From: Mizuhopecten yessoensis
Taxonomy: Eukaryota
Assembly: GCF_002113885.1 (NCBI RefSeq)
Contig: NW_018407074.1
Coordinates: 453,948-517,947, forward strand
DNA length: 64,000 bases
Reading direction: 5' to 3'
Under the pieces are notes generated by a model. That model had not been told where the DNA came from and ran no database searches. It saw only the letters and a program-made list of their open reading frames with translations. Every line of letters starts with the position of its first letter. The first letter of the stretch is position 1. The position numbers were made by a program, and so were the translations under genes. This document shows positions 25,901 through 37,930 of the stretch, piece after piece.

Positions 25901-28124
25901 AAATCAATAGTTTCAACTTAAACAGCGAAAAGTTTCATTCCAACGAGCTTAAGTTATTTAAATAAATTATCACCAGCACAGGTTATTGTTGTGAATGTAA
26001 AAGCAATTTCGTGATCATAAAGTATCTACTCTTTGAAAATAAAATTCCCAGAGACATAGGTAGACATATCATCACATATAAGAGCCTTTAGTCTTTCATA
26101 ATATAACACTAGTATAGGAATCGAGGTGTCTGGTTTAACAATTAGTGATCATACCTTCTGTAAAAAATGCAGTGTGGGGGTTGGGAATTACACCGGAATC
26201 AGGTTATTGTTTGTCTGTCCTTCATCTTCATCTGAAATTTGTGAAACTCCACTAATGTAAACAAAACACTCTGTAATTGTGCTTTTGTGTTTCCTTTATT
26301 GATCTGGCTATTTTAATTAGAGTTATGCTCCTTCTACAAAATTATAAGCCAAACCTTTCCTGGACAGTGAGCTCTAATATCTTCAGAAACCTGCCTTATA
26401 TATGCCTGAACCATTGTTTCACAAGTTTGTTTTAAATGTGATGTGTGAGACCTGTACCTAGTTTACCTACAAACGCCTATTACTACAGAAACTATTTTTT
26501 TAGATATTTTATAGGAGACATATATATATAGAGAGGAAATTACATTCCTCAAATGACCATATTGAATTTATTGAGCTGACTCTTTTAAGGTAAAAAGAAG
26601 TATTTTTTAATAATGAACAGTTTAAAATGCAATGAAATAATAATGACAAAATAAACATTTCAAATTTATTTAATAGCAAAAATATCAAAATTAATCAGAG
26701 AAAAATACAGTTGATATAGATCACAGTTTTGACCCATCGCAGCACCTTTAGGTTGTGTTACAAGTATGTATTACCGTACCGTATTCATGACATGGCCGTA
26801 TGACATAGTAAATTGGGTCAGCTATGTGATAAACTACCTCCATTACAGTACTACAGGAAAGCCAGACATTTAGCAGTGACGCGGGCATATCCAGATGCAG
26901 AAGAGGGAGATAACATGTCTGAGAAATCGGTGAGTACAAATTAACGGCAGAGTAACTGGTGGCTAGAGTAGAACAATAGATATCAGTTAACTGGTGGCTA
27001 GAGTAAAACAACAGATATCAGTTAACTGGTGGCTAGAGTAGAACAATATATATCAGTTAACTGGTGGCTAGAGTAGAACAATAGATGTCAGTTAACTGGT
27101 GGCTAGAGTAGAACAACAGATGTCAGTTAACTGGTGGCTAGAGGAGAACAATAGGTATCAGTTAACTGGTGGCTAGAGGAGAACAATAGATGTCAGTTAA
27201 CTGTTGGCTAGAGTAAAACAACAGATATCAGTTAACTGGCGGCTAGAGTAGAACAATATATATCAATTAACTGGTGGCTAGAGTAGAACAATAGATATCA
27301 GTTAACTGGTGGCTAGAGTAGAACAATAGATGTCAGTTAACTGGTGGCTGGAGTAGAACAATAGATATCAGTTAACTGGTGGCTAGAGTAGAACAATAGA
27401 TATCAGTTAACTGGTGGCTAGAGTAGAACAAAAGATATCAGTTCTGAAATATTGTAATGAAGATATTTTACCCATGATGTATTTTTTAATTTCATTTCTT
27501 TATTTCAAAAATGGTAAACATTTTTTTCGAAAAAAGCCTGCACAAATTTATAAAGGAGAGAACTAAATATGTACTGGCTTGGAATATATGATGAAATAGA
27601 TAAGGTTATAGGTTGGAGTTTTTGAAAGCTTGCAGGAAGAGTATGTCTACTGGTTGTTATACGGTAAGTCTATAGAGATGATTTTATTTATATTTGCGGG
27701 TTTGAAAGTAAATTTTGTGCATAGTTGATGCTATTTTTAGACTCTGAAACTGTACAAAGGAATGTTATTTCTGATTAATTACTCCGGTAGAAAGCACTTA
27801 TTATATTTGTTGTGCTGAATGTGGAGTTAAGAGATAAGGATTACAATAGAATTAAATATTGTTGAAGTTGAAATGGATATTGAAGAAGACTCGTTTTTTT
27901 GCGTAAAATTTCCATCTGGTTGTATAACAATTAAAACAATCTGTTCACAGGGCAAGAAGTTCATGTATCCAAAGCCAGCATCAGAACCTCCATCACCATC
28001 AATGTCAAGGTCATCCACTCCTGCACCCTCAGATACAGAAGACCCGGACCATGATGACGATGATTTAGATGATCATGAAGATGATGATTTTGATGAAGAT
28101 CCAGAGGCTGACCAGAACAAATAA
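7763..28124 (+). CDS. GYS: Glycogen synthase (GT3 family), complete gene, 15 coding exons, 2091 nt CDS = 696 aa
   Basis: Hallmark motifs [58 protein letters not shown] (E-X7-E), [15 protein letters not shown]; all introns GT-AG and phase-consistent. Confidence 0.98.
8172..8583. mobile_element. MITE with ~27-bp terminal inverted repeats
   Basis: CAGGCCCAGTACACTGCCGATTGAGC ... GCTCAATCGGCAGTGTGTACTGGACCTG, AT-rich interior. Confidence 0.75.
9632..9813 (+). CDS. GYS: Glycogen synthase exon 2
   Basis: [29 protein letters not shown]...DAGIK; aacag / gtgcca. Confidence 0.95.
10883..11074 (+). CDS. GYS: Glycogen synthase exon 3
   Basis: [18 protein letters not shown]...AWFIGE; ttcag / gtatgc. Confidence 0.95.
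12200..12385 (+). CDS. GYS: Glycogen synthase exon 4
   Basis: [21 protein letters not shown]...[25 protein letters not shown]; gacag / gtacga. Confidence 0.95.
13321..13511. repeat. 49-bp tandem repeat x4 ending in the GYS exon 5 acceptor
   Basis: ATTAATTCTTCAGTAACTGTATGTGTGAGTTGTATGTGTTACAGTGTAG units at 13321, 13370, ~13419, 13468. Confidence 0.95.
13512..13656 (+). CDS. GYS: Glycogen synthase exon 5
   Basis: [48 protein letters not shown]; ttacag / gtaagg. Confidence 0.96.
13675..13765. mobile_element. 91-bp TTAA-flanked mini-MITE, family B (piggyBac-like ends)
   Basis: TTAACTCATTCACCCCTGAA ... TTCAGGGGTGAATGAGTTAA perfect 20-bp inverted repeat; relatives at 23495 and 39353. Confidence 0.75.
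14304..14421 (+). CDS. GYS: Glycogen synthase exon 6
   Basis: [40 protein letters not shown]; ccag / gtaagt. Confidence 0.96.
14670..15175. repeat. 126-bp tandem repeat x4
   Basis: GGAGTCTAACGCCCTGTAGG at 14675, 14801, 14927, 15053. Confidence 0.95.
15159..15363. mobile_element. ~200-bp near-perfect palindrome (MITE/foldback)
   Basis: GCATCAACACCAAGGATTCCATAACTGTAGGTTTT... versus ...AAAACCTACAGTTATGGAATCCTTGGTGTTGATGC, pairing continues to a short central loop near 15260. Confidence 0.85.
15513..15633 (+). CDS. GYS: Glycogen synthase exon 7
   Basis: [40 protein letters not shown]; cacag / gtaagt. Confidence 0.97.
15649..19135. repeat. 46-bp minisatellite, ~75 copies, resembling the exon 7 end plus donor
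   Basis: Unit GTGACCTAGCTTGACTGGACCAATATCTAAAGTTAATGTGTATATA; starts at 16711 and 16757 give period 46. Confidence 0.97.
19545..19712. mobile_element. Palindromic MITE, family A copy 2
   Basis: Close match to 2606-2796 with a shorter centre; TATTCCGTCTTTGCG...CGCAAAGACAGAATA. Confidence 0.85.
19846..20012 (+). CDS. GYS: Glycogen synthase exon 8
   Basis: [35 protein letters not shown]...FEICL; tacag / gtaagg. Confidence 0.96.
20167..20245 (+). CDS. GYS: Glycogen synthase exon 9
   Basis: [26 protein letters not shown]; tatag / gtaaaa. Confidence 0.93.
20503..22331. repeat. 31-bp minisatellite, ~59 nearly identical copies
   Basis: Unit CAGTAAAGTTAGAGGG(T/C)AATCTATCACCAAA. Confidence 0.97.
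22666..22779 (+). CDS. GYS: Glycogen synthase exon 10
   Basis: [38 protein letters not shown]; tatag / gtaggt. Confidence 0.95.
22865..23205 (+). mobile_element. tRNA-derived SINE with conserved central domain and LINE-like tail
   Basis: tRNA-like head (AGCGGTAGGATGCTG...GGGTCGCGGGTTGGAGTTCC), GTGTTGTATCCTTGAACAAGAGACTTTAC central motif, tail GCTTTGAGAC...TAAAGCGGTAC...ATTATTATT. Confidence 0.6.
23331..23457 (+). CDS. GYS: Glycogen synthase exon 11
   Basis: [42 protein letters not shown]; ccag / gtaggg. Confidence 0.97.
23495..23585. mobile_element. 91-bp TTAA-flanked mini-MITE, family B
   Basis: TTAACCCTTT...AAAGGGTTAA; interior is the reverse complement of 39353-39443. Confidence 0.75.
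24001..24158 (+). CDS. GYS: Glycogen synthase exon 12
   Basis: [39 protein letters not shown]...QELSQ; ttcag / gtaatc. Confidence 0.96.
24165..25060. repeat. Degenerate ~18-bp minisatellite starting just after the exon 12 donor
   Basis: Recurring TTGACCTACATTGTGATG. Confidence 0.9.
25312..25517. repeat. ~30-bp tandem repeat x7 spanning the GYS exon 13 acceptor
   Basis: TATTATGGGATGTTNCAG|TACATGTT(T)GAC units; the last unit is the real junction. Confidence 0.92.
25506..25607 (+). CDS. GYS: Glycogen synthase exon 13
   Basis: [34 protein letters not shown] (regulatory Arg cluster); ttacag / gtgagt. Confidence 0.95.
26849..26929 (+). CDS. GYS: Glycogen synthase exon 14
   Basis: [27 protein letters not shown]; ttacag / gtgagt. 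Confidence 0.92.
26952..27443. repeat. 35-bp minisatellite, ~14 copies, just after the exon 14 donor
   Basis: Unit GTTAACTGGTGGCTAGAGTAGAACAATAGATATCA; starts at 26986 and 27021. Confidence 0.95.
27951..28124 (+). CDS. GYS: Glycogen synthase exon 15 (phosphorylation cluster, acidic tail, stop)
   Basis: [33 protein letters not shown]...QNK*; cacag acceptor. Confidence 0.95.
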   Translation, partial: GKKFMYPKPASEPPSPSMSRSSTPAPSDTEDPDHDDDDLDDHEDDDFDEDPEADQNK

Positions 28125-29203
28125 ATTGCCCTGACATTGAAGGGAGAGACCTTCAGTATGAGAGAATGTGACACTAACAGAGCATAGAGCATACCCTCAA
28201 GGGAGTGTGTTGTATCTAGTGAGTCAAAGGCAGTGTTGATGATTGCATAGACAAATTAATGGTTATTTATGAAGTCTTTAGTCTTTAGTTTTGATAGATC
28301 ATCCTACAAGAAAAAATCACTTTTGATCGTAATATTGTCAATAAAGTACAGCTGATATGTCAACGATAAATTCATTGTAACTCATTTAAGTGACTAGATA
28401 GGATTGTGACGCATGTAACATTAGATATTTGTAGATAGAGTAAATGTTGATACCGGTAATGTCATGCTACAAGGTGTATTATTACTCCAGGCCTGAGGTA
28501 AGTAGTATGTGACTGGCAGTTGGTTATAAGTTAGGATAGGAGATGGTAATTGGTTTTTAATAGATTTTTTTTAATTTAAGAACTTTGTTAATCCTAACAT
28601 CCAAACATGAAGCAACATGTTTCCTGTTAAAGATCTGATTCTACTGCACTTTTCCTTTCTGAACCCAATTCTTGTTAGAGATTGACCATTTCAACTGATT
28701 GCAAAATACTACAGATTCATTAACAGTAGCTGATTTTATTGACAGTTTTCAGCGAGCAAGGTATGAGAACTACATATAGATCCCCATAAGTTTTGGTCTT
28801 CATTGTAATGCACTTTTGAATTGGATTGAAACTTCAGATATAGAAGACATTATTTTTTATTGAAGATCAATATATTATTAAGCCCAAGTTTTTTTTACCA
28901 TATTGTCCTCATAAGTCAAAATTACATTGCAAGTGGGGCCCTCCCAGATTACTTGCAGCTAGGTGATGGCATATTTCTAGATTACAAAATGTCAAATATT
29001 TTGAGATTCCATTCGAAGACAAATCTTGAATGTGCAAGTCTTTTAAGAATTTATGTTTGAAAATAACAAATTTATTAAATGTTTTTTTAAAATTACCTGG
29101 TAGAAACCACTGTAAATGCTGTCAATTGGTGTGACAATTTCAATTATGTAAATCAAGACACAAAACAACAAATATAAAAGTAAGACACATTTCTAATGAA
29201 GTC

Positions 29204-29434
29204 GCATAGAAGCTAGGGCAGCGGGGACTACTAGAAGGACATCGATCCATGGACCACAGCCGCTGCAAGCCTGTCCGCATCTGAGGAGCTGTCCAACTTC
29301 AGAGCGTGACCTGGGTGGGCAGGACTTAAGAATCTCTGAGGGCCCAGTAAGCGCCCACTTACCCCCTCAAGTCGACCGAACACTGACTTTGTCAGTGAAG
29401 TGTAAACTTTAAACTCATCAACCAACCAACCAAC
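29204..29434 (+). mobile_element. 5'-truncated retroposon with 9-bp TSD and (CAAC)n tail
   Basis: GC-rich insert flanked by AATGAAGTC at 29195-29203 and 29435-29443; ends CATCAACCAACCAACCAAC. Confidence 0.8.
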
Positions 29435-32400
29435 AATGAAGTCTAGAGATCAAAGGAAATCTGTCACTTTTGTTACAGTGTTCGGTCCCTTGACAGGGCC
29501 ACATATTGACTTTAGTTACAGTGTTGCAGTCCCTTGACAGGGCCACATATTGACAATAGTGGTCACAATGTACATATTTAGCTTTCAAGATTATTTGCGA
29601 TGCTAGCCAATGTTTTACGAGAGGTAGATTACCAATCTATCCATGTTATGGAGCTTTTGATGAGTGTTAGCAGGCCTTATCCTTGTTAGGATATACCTGT
29701 GTTTTGGCTAAGAATATACATTGATATGTAGATATTTGTGGTTTTATTATATTTTATGGAACAAGCTGTTCTGTTATTGTAGCATGGAATGTTGAAATAA
29801 GGAAGTAAGGTTTTCTTGTAGGGATAGGAATGTTGTGACAATCTTGAGCTATGCATGAGCGTGCTTGGAAGCTTGCTGATCTTATGTATTATAGAAGTCA
29901 ATGAATGCTGTGTTGTTGATGTTGTGTACTTTGAGGTCTGAAACAAAAGCAGTGCTGAATTGTTGGAAGAAAATGAGTGTGCATTCAGTGTTCAACGATC
30001 CTTGTGCTATATTTCAGGAGATGTTGTGTGACTGAATCTATTCAGCAGAACACGCGTTGTCAACACAATGAAAAGTAGGCAGTGGAGTTATTTATCAATC
30101 TAAAAAAAAATCCTCAATGTTTAAAATTTCTGTCATTAGTTCATCCTACTCTGGTAGTTTATTTGTATTACCACAATATTACCTGTGAAAATCTAGCTGT
30201 AATAATGAGATGTTAAAAGGAGACAATTTGTGTGATTAGCACCACTGACCTATTTCTTGTTGTGCCATCATAATCCATATACAAAGTGTGCTCTTTCAAT
30301 CTAAAATATATCTTTCCTGTTAATTATCATCTTTCCTGATGTTTCAGTGGTCACTGCAGGTTGTTGATAGTACAGTGTGTTTTATTGTCTGTCCTGATGT
30401 TTAGGTATTCACTGGTCATTTGCAGTATTACATATCATTCCTGAGTGTAGGCTCAGACTTTATGTAGCCCTTACTTGTTTTGTTTTGTTAAGGATTGACT
30501 TTGTGTCTTCAGAAGAGCTGTGCTGTTATTATGAAAAAGAATGTGATGTACAATTGTTGTTAGAAGTAATACAGAAAAACCTGCTATCTTACTCGGCTAC
30601 ATTCAGCACTAAATGTATTCTTTTATTTTTAAGCTAGTGAGTTAGCCCTTAGAACCCCTATTCCCGAGATCAAGTTGTTACTTTCTGTGTTCAGCAATAC
30701 TTTGAAGTTTGTAAAGGTTCATTTATATTTATCTTACGATGACTACCTTTATTTTAGTTATTTAACAAAAAAAAAAGATAGCTTGAGAGTAAAATTCTGG
30801 TTGATATTGTTAGGTGGTACAATATATATGAAGTCAATGATGCCCTCATAGAATTCAATGTAAACATTGAGGGAGGAGAGATAACCCAGTACTGATTTTC
30901 ACTGAAAATGATTGCAAAATGTGTATTCCTCTTATAATCAATTTTGAATGTTGGGGAATATGGCTTATTGCAAATGTTAATGTTTATAAAAAAATAAAGT
31001 GATTTATATTGCTGATATTAAATAACAACTATTCTAAGCATGTTTTGAGACATAAAACGTAAGGGAAGGATTTATTATATAAATATATAACGAGCCATGT
31101 CTTAACAATGGTTAATCTGTTTCTTGATAGTCCGGGAAAAGCCTGGAAATCCTGAAGAATTGTTATCATTTTTTTTGTTAATACAAAAAGAGTAACCAGT
31201 TCCACTGTGATAGTTGGTATTTCTTTCTATGCTGGTTAGGTGTTTTCTTTTCTGTTTTGGTAGTTTAGATTTGGAAAAGAAATGTTTTCATTTCTAAAGA
31301 TGGCATTCATAGTTAGAACTGAGTAGTATTGTTGTTAGAATCTGTTAATATTAATATCCCCATCCACAAAAGTCTAGGGAGTTTATGCTCTGGTACAATC
31401 TCTGCAGGTCATGACAGGAACTGAAGGCACAAAGTCGGTGTTTCAGGTATAAAAGAACTGACCAATCATTAAGCTGTTACATGTCCTTTGAAAATTACAA
31501 AGGAGCGAAACCTGACCTCAAAGCCAGTCAGTTTTACTGTTACACTTCCACACACTGCTTCTGATACACATCAAAGGATCAAACTAGTCTAATAGTCTTA
31601 TAGTCTAATAGTATCATCTGCAATGTAGCACATACAGATCCTTCATTTTATCGTGATGTATATATATTCCCATGGTGCAGAGAATGTAAATGAGCGTAAC
31701 CCCTGAATTTTCAAGGATGTTTTACCCCAGTGCAAAGTGCTAGCTAAAACAAAATTTATTTTATGATTTCCCATAAATGTGTGATGTATTTCTTAACAGA
31801 TTATGATATGGTGCTAAAGGATGCAGTTATAACCTTACAACTCTGCTCACACTACATAGTGTTGTGGTACACTAAATCAGGAGATCACTAGAATTTATCC
31901 TCATGTACACTGTGAGCCAAGATTTATCTACAAATGTTTGACAAGATGACCTTGAAATAAGTTGATAGACATTTAATACAATATGGATTATAACTTGTTT
32001 GTTATATTTGCAATGCTATTTAAATCATTGTTGTTTCACTGTATAAAGGAAAATGTTATCAATTATTCCTATTGTTTATATCAATGATGTGTGATGTTAC
32101 ATATCCGTGTTAATATTCAGGTTTAATCGGAGAGGTTAGAAATCTACATGATATTATCATTGTTGAAAATTAAATAATTATTGTTAAACCAGTTACAATT
32201 GAGTTTCAATAGTCCTGCCACAACAAACCTGGCCCTGGTATCATGAAACAATCTTTTCATGACGTTATCTGTGATTGGTTAAGTCAAAACTTACGACAAC
32301 TCTAGACTTAAGATCATTTCATGATCATGATCTTACGGCCTGGATTTCCCACTATCAGCCGGTGTTTAAGGGGGGTTTCTATACAGAATTGTCCCAGCTA

Positions 32401-35289
32401 TCCAGCTGTTTCAACAACAGCCATTTTTGCAGGGAACAAACATGGCTGAATTGTTGCATTGATTGCTGAACATATCTTTGCCTGTAAGATAGGGTTATTA
32501 TTGTTGATGAATCGCCTGAATTTTAACTGTCTTTCAACTCTAAGAATTTCTGTATATGATACTCTATGCAAGTTTTTAGACTGGCAGTTCGGTTTTTCAT
32601 CTGGAAGATTGGTCCAGAGCAAAATGTCCATAATAAAATATTCAGAGGAATGAACAAATATTTATCACTAAAAGTGAAAAGGCAATCCTTATTTAAATGT
32701 GTGGAAATTGAGTTTCCAGACTTGCAGTGTCCAGTACAAGAATATTGAAGATTTGAACAAGCAGAAAACTGCTGTTTATAGGTAAATATAAACAGCTTCC
32801 AACAATAATCTCAAACCAAAGCTTAATACAATACCTTGTATAAGTCATGTTACTCTGAAGTGTTAGTGAGAAAGGTAGAGGCAGATTTGGACCCTGAAGC
32901 ATTCCTACACTTTAGTCCAAATATACTCATTTATACTGCCATATTGAGATGCAGTTTTACCATTATAATCATGGGGAGGTTATCATTATGGCTTGTTAAA
33001 CAAATTTGATCTAATGTCCAGGAGACCTATTTGTTTTATAGACAGTTGAAATAGACTTAGTGTAGGACTGTTTCATGGTTCCAGAGCCTCAACAGTGTAT
33101 TTTCATGTTTTTGTTTTGCTGCTTTATTGATAGAGGGTTTGGGCTTTTAATTATGTGGTATCCAATAACCTGATAACATTTTAGGTATTTCTTAATCAAA
33201 ATACAATTAGTACTAGTCAGAAGTGCTGTTTTACTGAACATATAAATGTAACTTTTCTCAGCATAATAAAGAGAGTCACCCTGACTTTCACATAATTCCT
33301 GTTCTATGCAGAAGTCTTAAACATGATACGAAAAGTACACGTTTCATGTTTCATGTTGTTTCCTATGTAAGTTTTTAAAGTCATAGCAATTTTATAGTGT
33401 TAATTTCAAAGTGTTAAAGACGGGTGGTGATAAGTTCTAGTTCCTGTTTTGTAATATGATTTTATAGTACTAACCTTATATGCTAACTGTATAATGTTAG
33501 ACATCTAGGATACTTATACAGACGTAATGATATATTGTTTTAAATAATTTTCATTATAAGAATGTTTACTAAGTCATGTCAGATGTTCCAATGAACCGTT
33601 CTTTAGATTGATTTTGTTTGGTTCAGACTGATATAATTATACTGTCTGTCTTTCTTAAAAAGTGTTTTTTTCTTGCAAATGATCCTGCCATTTTTGACGT
33701 AAGGGTTCAAATGTGAAAACATAGTGTATTAGAAACTCTATTTAATATGTGTATTGTGACATTTGTTTAGCTCCCCTGTTGACCAATCAGTGAGCTTATG
33801 CACTTGTGTCCATCTGTCATCTAGATAGTACTAGAGTCATGATTACTGTTAGGTGTCTTGGTGTGAAAGGCTATCAAATAAAATGCAATGACCTTGAACT
33901 GTTTTCAGTGTCACAGGTTTTAAAAAGTGTTAAAAAAGCTTCTACAGAACTTTAATGCATGTCATGATATTTATCCTGTAGCTTGAATGGAAAATGACTA
34001 TCTTTACCTAATGTTTTAGGTCTGATATCAAATGCAGTAAAATTTTAAAAGCTACTTCTTCTACAGAACTATGAGGGCTACAGTCATAATGGTACCATAT
34101 GTTGTACCATATTGAAGGCTGTTTTAAGTGTGTCACATTTTAAATGACCTTCCTACTTTCAAGGTCAACATAGGTTTCAAATGAGTCAGCAAGATGAGTG
34201 ATAAGGCCCTTGTATTGTGTTATGTCAAATAATGTTGCATCTGTATAATTGAACAAAATATATTGTTTTGTCAATTTTGTTAATGCGTTGAATATATCCC
34301 TATGGTATATATTTTTTAGACTTATACTTATAGCAAATATTAACCTTGTTCTTTGGGGAAAAAAGCAGCATTAGTTTTCTTGCGCTAATTTTATGTGAAA
34401 TCTGTTCTGCTTTTGAGAATTCCATTTAATATACCACTATGTTAAGTTGTTTAGATATAAGAGATGTTACAATAACACAGTATGTGTGTATGTGATACTA
34501 CAGTGTGTGTCGTTACTGCTAGCCGGAAATTATTATAACTACATGTGTAAAATGTTACCCAGACTGTATGTCACAGTAAAATGTATGACGATAGTGTTAT
34601 GTTTTAGACTAATGAGTACCCTGGTTTATTGGTATGACAGTCGTATATTTTCGTGAGTGTGTTTTCAGATATGCTCTCCTTGCCTAGGAGCATTTACAAG
34701 AAACACCATTATCATCTACATTGTACATCCTATACATTGTTACTGATGTGCATGTAAGATTGTTTAGACATATACACCCTATACTTCTATAATCTCAAAA
34801 TTAAAAGTGCTGACATAGCTTTAATACTAAATCAGATTGTTGCGTTTTTTATCGCCAGTAAAAACAGACACTTTGTACTACATGAACCGAGAAAAGCCAG
34901 AGAATTCAAAAAATGCGTTTTTGACTTTGATTTCCTTAATTTTCTGTCAAGATCAGTGAGAAATAATAAAAACACTTGCTCATGACCATACAGTTAAAGA
35001 GGATAATAACACCTTAATCCTGAAGTTGCTTCAGAAAATGTACATTGATGATCATCTTGACTTTGGGCCAGGTGAGCTAATGAAATGACGAGTAATGGCA
35101 ATCTGTTATCTTTGGGCCAAGAAAGCTTGGAAAACGACCAGAACTACTCATCTGTTAACAGGTATCTTTGGGCCAGGTGAGCGGAGAGAATTACATGTAA
35201 TGGCCATCACTTAAAAAAAGTGTTTTTTTTGTTTTTTTTTAAATTTTACAACAATTATGAAACAAGTTATTTCAACTTATATTAATCAC

Positions 35290-35445
35290 TCTTGTTAGCC
35301 CGGATATCGGTCTTAGTGTGGGAGGAAACCGGAGTACCCGGAGAAACCCACTTGATGGGGCAACCTTTTCACGTCCGATCAGGGAATCGAACCACGGCTG
35401 CCTTGGTGAAAGGCAAGTGCGCTCTCGACTGCACCACCTGACTCC
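35290..35445 (-). mobile_element. tRNA-derived SINE with V/Meta-type central domain
   Basis: Minus strand: GGTGGTGCAGTCGAGAGCGCAC...GGTTCGATTCCC (A/B boxes) then GTGGGTTTCTCCGGGTACTCCGGTTTCCTCCCAC. Confidence 0.7.
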
Positions 35446-36387
35446 ACTTAACTGGGCCAGATGAGCTTGGGAAATGACTAGTGATGTGCCAGGTAAGCTG
35501 TAAAGATTGGAATACAATCATTCCATAATGTTACATTATTAACTTGTAATTAAAGTATAAAACAAACTTTTATTCATTTTAACAGTTTATTCCAATTACT
35601 TTGTTGCAGTGAAATGTGATCACAACAGAAGCTTCCTCTCCACCATTGTCACATGACTAATACAGATATAATGGTAGGTTGTGGTAGAGGAAGTTCATCT
35701 GGAAATGTTGCACCTATAGACGTTTTATTTACATGTTATGAGATGACAAAAAGCACTAGAAGTACATATGATAAAAGTGGAAAACTCATTTCATCATTAA
35801 AAATAAAAATCATCAATAAAAAAAACTTAAAAGATGCTTATTGGGGCATTTATTATACGAAGACCTTATTTATATCACAGCGTGCCTGATTCTACTGTTC
35901 ACACGACAGGGAAAAAAAACATTATATTTCCGTCACACGCTCCACTTATCATTGTCATATTTTGTCTTATTGGGAGTCTCTCTAGAAAAACCAGAAAGAC
36001 GCGCCATACTAGATTTCCGAGTGACTGAGGAAGATGACAACAAAGGCACTTAAATGATCATCTGGACTGTTGTGTTATTGTTCTATTTCAGTATAATAGA
36101 ATATTTATTGCCATTGGGGCAGTGAAACAAAGTTCTTGATTTGTTTCCCTTTGATTAATCATGTTGCACTCCGGCTGCACTGGCTAGACTCTGCTGTATA
36201 CACATACATGTTAACTGAAGTTTTGTCATTTATAAACCTGTATAAACCAGACATTCAGCTAGCTCTAACTGTTTTTCTACATTTCTAGGTAAACTGAACC
36301 TATGTAATATGAAAATGTCAATTCTAAAGGTTTGGTCCCTGTGGTACCTGGTTTAAACAGGTTACATTTTGTTTGTACAGGTAAGTA

Positions 36388-36520
36388 TTATATTTTACCG
36401 GTTATAAGCCCAGGGAACTGTGCATGAAAACATGTCAAAATTAGGGGGTAGGCTAATTACAATACATGAGAATGTGACACTGAAGAACTTACTGAAGGCT
36501 TATTAGCGGTAAAATACTGT
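36388..36520. mobile_element. Small MITE-like element
   Basis: TATTTTACCGGTTATAAGCC inverted against GGCTTATTAGCGGTAAAATA. Confidence 0.55.
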
Positions 36521-37611
36521 ATTGTTAAAGAGACTGAGCAACTGTAATAGGTCAACTTATGTGTGATTTAAGTATCACATTAAAATTAGAGCAACAAAAT
36601 TTCGTACAGTATCAACTAATTATTAATGTACATTATAAATTATAAAAGATTAATTGTTTATATAAACATGTACTCATTATCTTACAGATCAAAAATAGTT
36701 GAGCAATCACAGCAATACATAAAATAACTAAACACAATGTAAACTATCTAATATTGGTATAAAAGCTCGCGATATCATTACAGATTATAATCCTCTATTT
36801 TCTAAAGTTGATATGAATTTAAATATTTCAGATTTATATATAAATCAATGAATTACATGCCCCCATATAAAGCTGGTCTAACAGTGAATTACATTTATAT
36901 TGATCTAACATACCAATGATGTGTTACCCTGGCAACCGTTGGCTGTGACAAATGGAGCTGGAGTGAATTGATACAGTACTGACCTACAAGTAGGTGTAAA
37001 AACAATGATGTCCTTCATTACATGTCCATTATGTTAGTTAATGAGTAACTTGTCCAGGTGATCGGCCAAATTACTGTTATATATAGATGTATATAGAGAC
37101 ATTATCATTACATGGAAGTTCCCATCAGATTAAGGCTGAAAATTGGTGTTGGTCTCAATTTCTCATCTCACTCATCTCAATTTAAATATACAACAAGTTT
37201 AAAAAAAAACCACCATCCATGTATAACTGTCATTACCAGAGCTTACTCATATAAAGCTGTCATCTGTGATATCTGTTTGATTATCAAAGTTAATTTATTC
37301 ACTTCATCAGTTGTTATGACAGAGCTAACTTATATTTGTCATCAGCTTTTTAAATGATAGAGCTCACTCCCTTATACAAGGCTAATCAAATTTATTCTCC
37401 TAGCTTATTCATACATTGTTGTGTCATCACATAATTATAATGCTCCGAGGAGCTCTGCCTCATACACTTCTAATCAGTTGTATAATTAGCTCCATCATAC
37501 AAAGTTTATCATTTACTTCTTATACTGAGTTCACTGATATATAGCATACACAGTTTACCAGCCATTTTTGATACAAAGCTCACTCACTTATACAGAGCTT
37601 ACTCATATCCA

Positions 37612-37930
37612 TTCAAAGTAGCTCTCTCTCACACTCAAAGTAGCTCTCTCTCCCACACTCAAAGTATCTCTCTCTCACACTCAAAGTAGCTCTCTCTCCC
37701 ACACTCGAAGCAGCTCTCTCTCACACTCAAAGCAGCTCTCTCACACTCAAAGCATCTCTCTCTCACACTCAAAGTAGCTCTCTCTCCCACACTCAAAGCA
37801 GCTCCCTCTCACACTCAAAGCAGCTCTCTCTCACACTCAAAGCATCTCTCTCTCACACTCAAAGCAGCTCTCTCCCACACTCAAAGCAGCTCTCTCTCAC
37901 ACTCAAAGCAGCTCTCTCTCACAATCAAAG
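37612..37930. repeat. ~20-24-bp CT-rich minisatellite
   Basis: CACACTCAAAGCAGCTCTCTCT repeated ~14 times. Confidence 0.92.
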
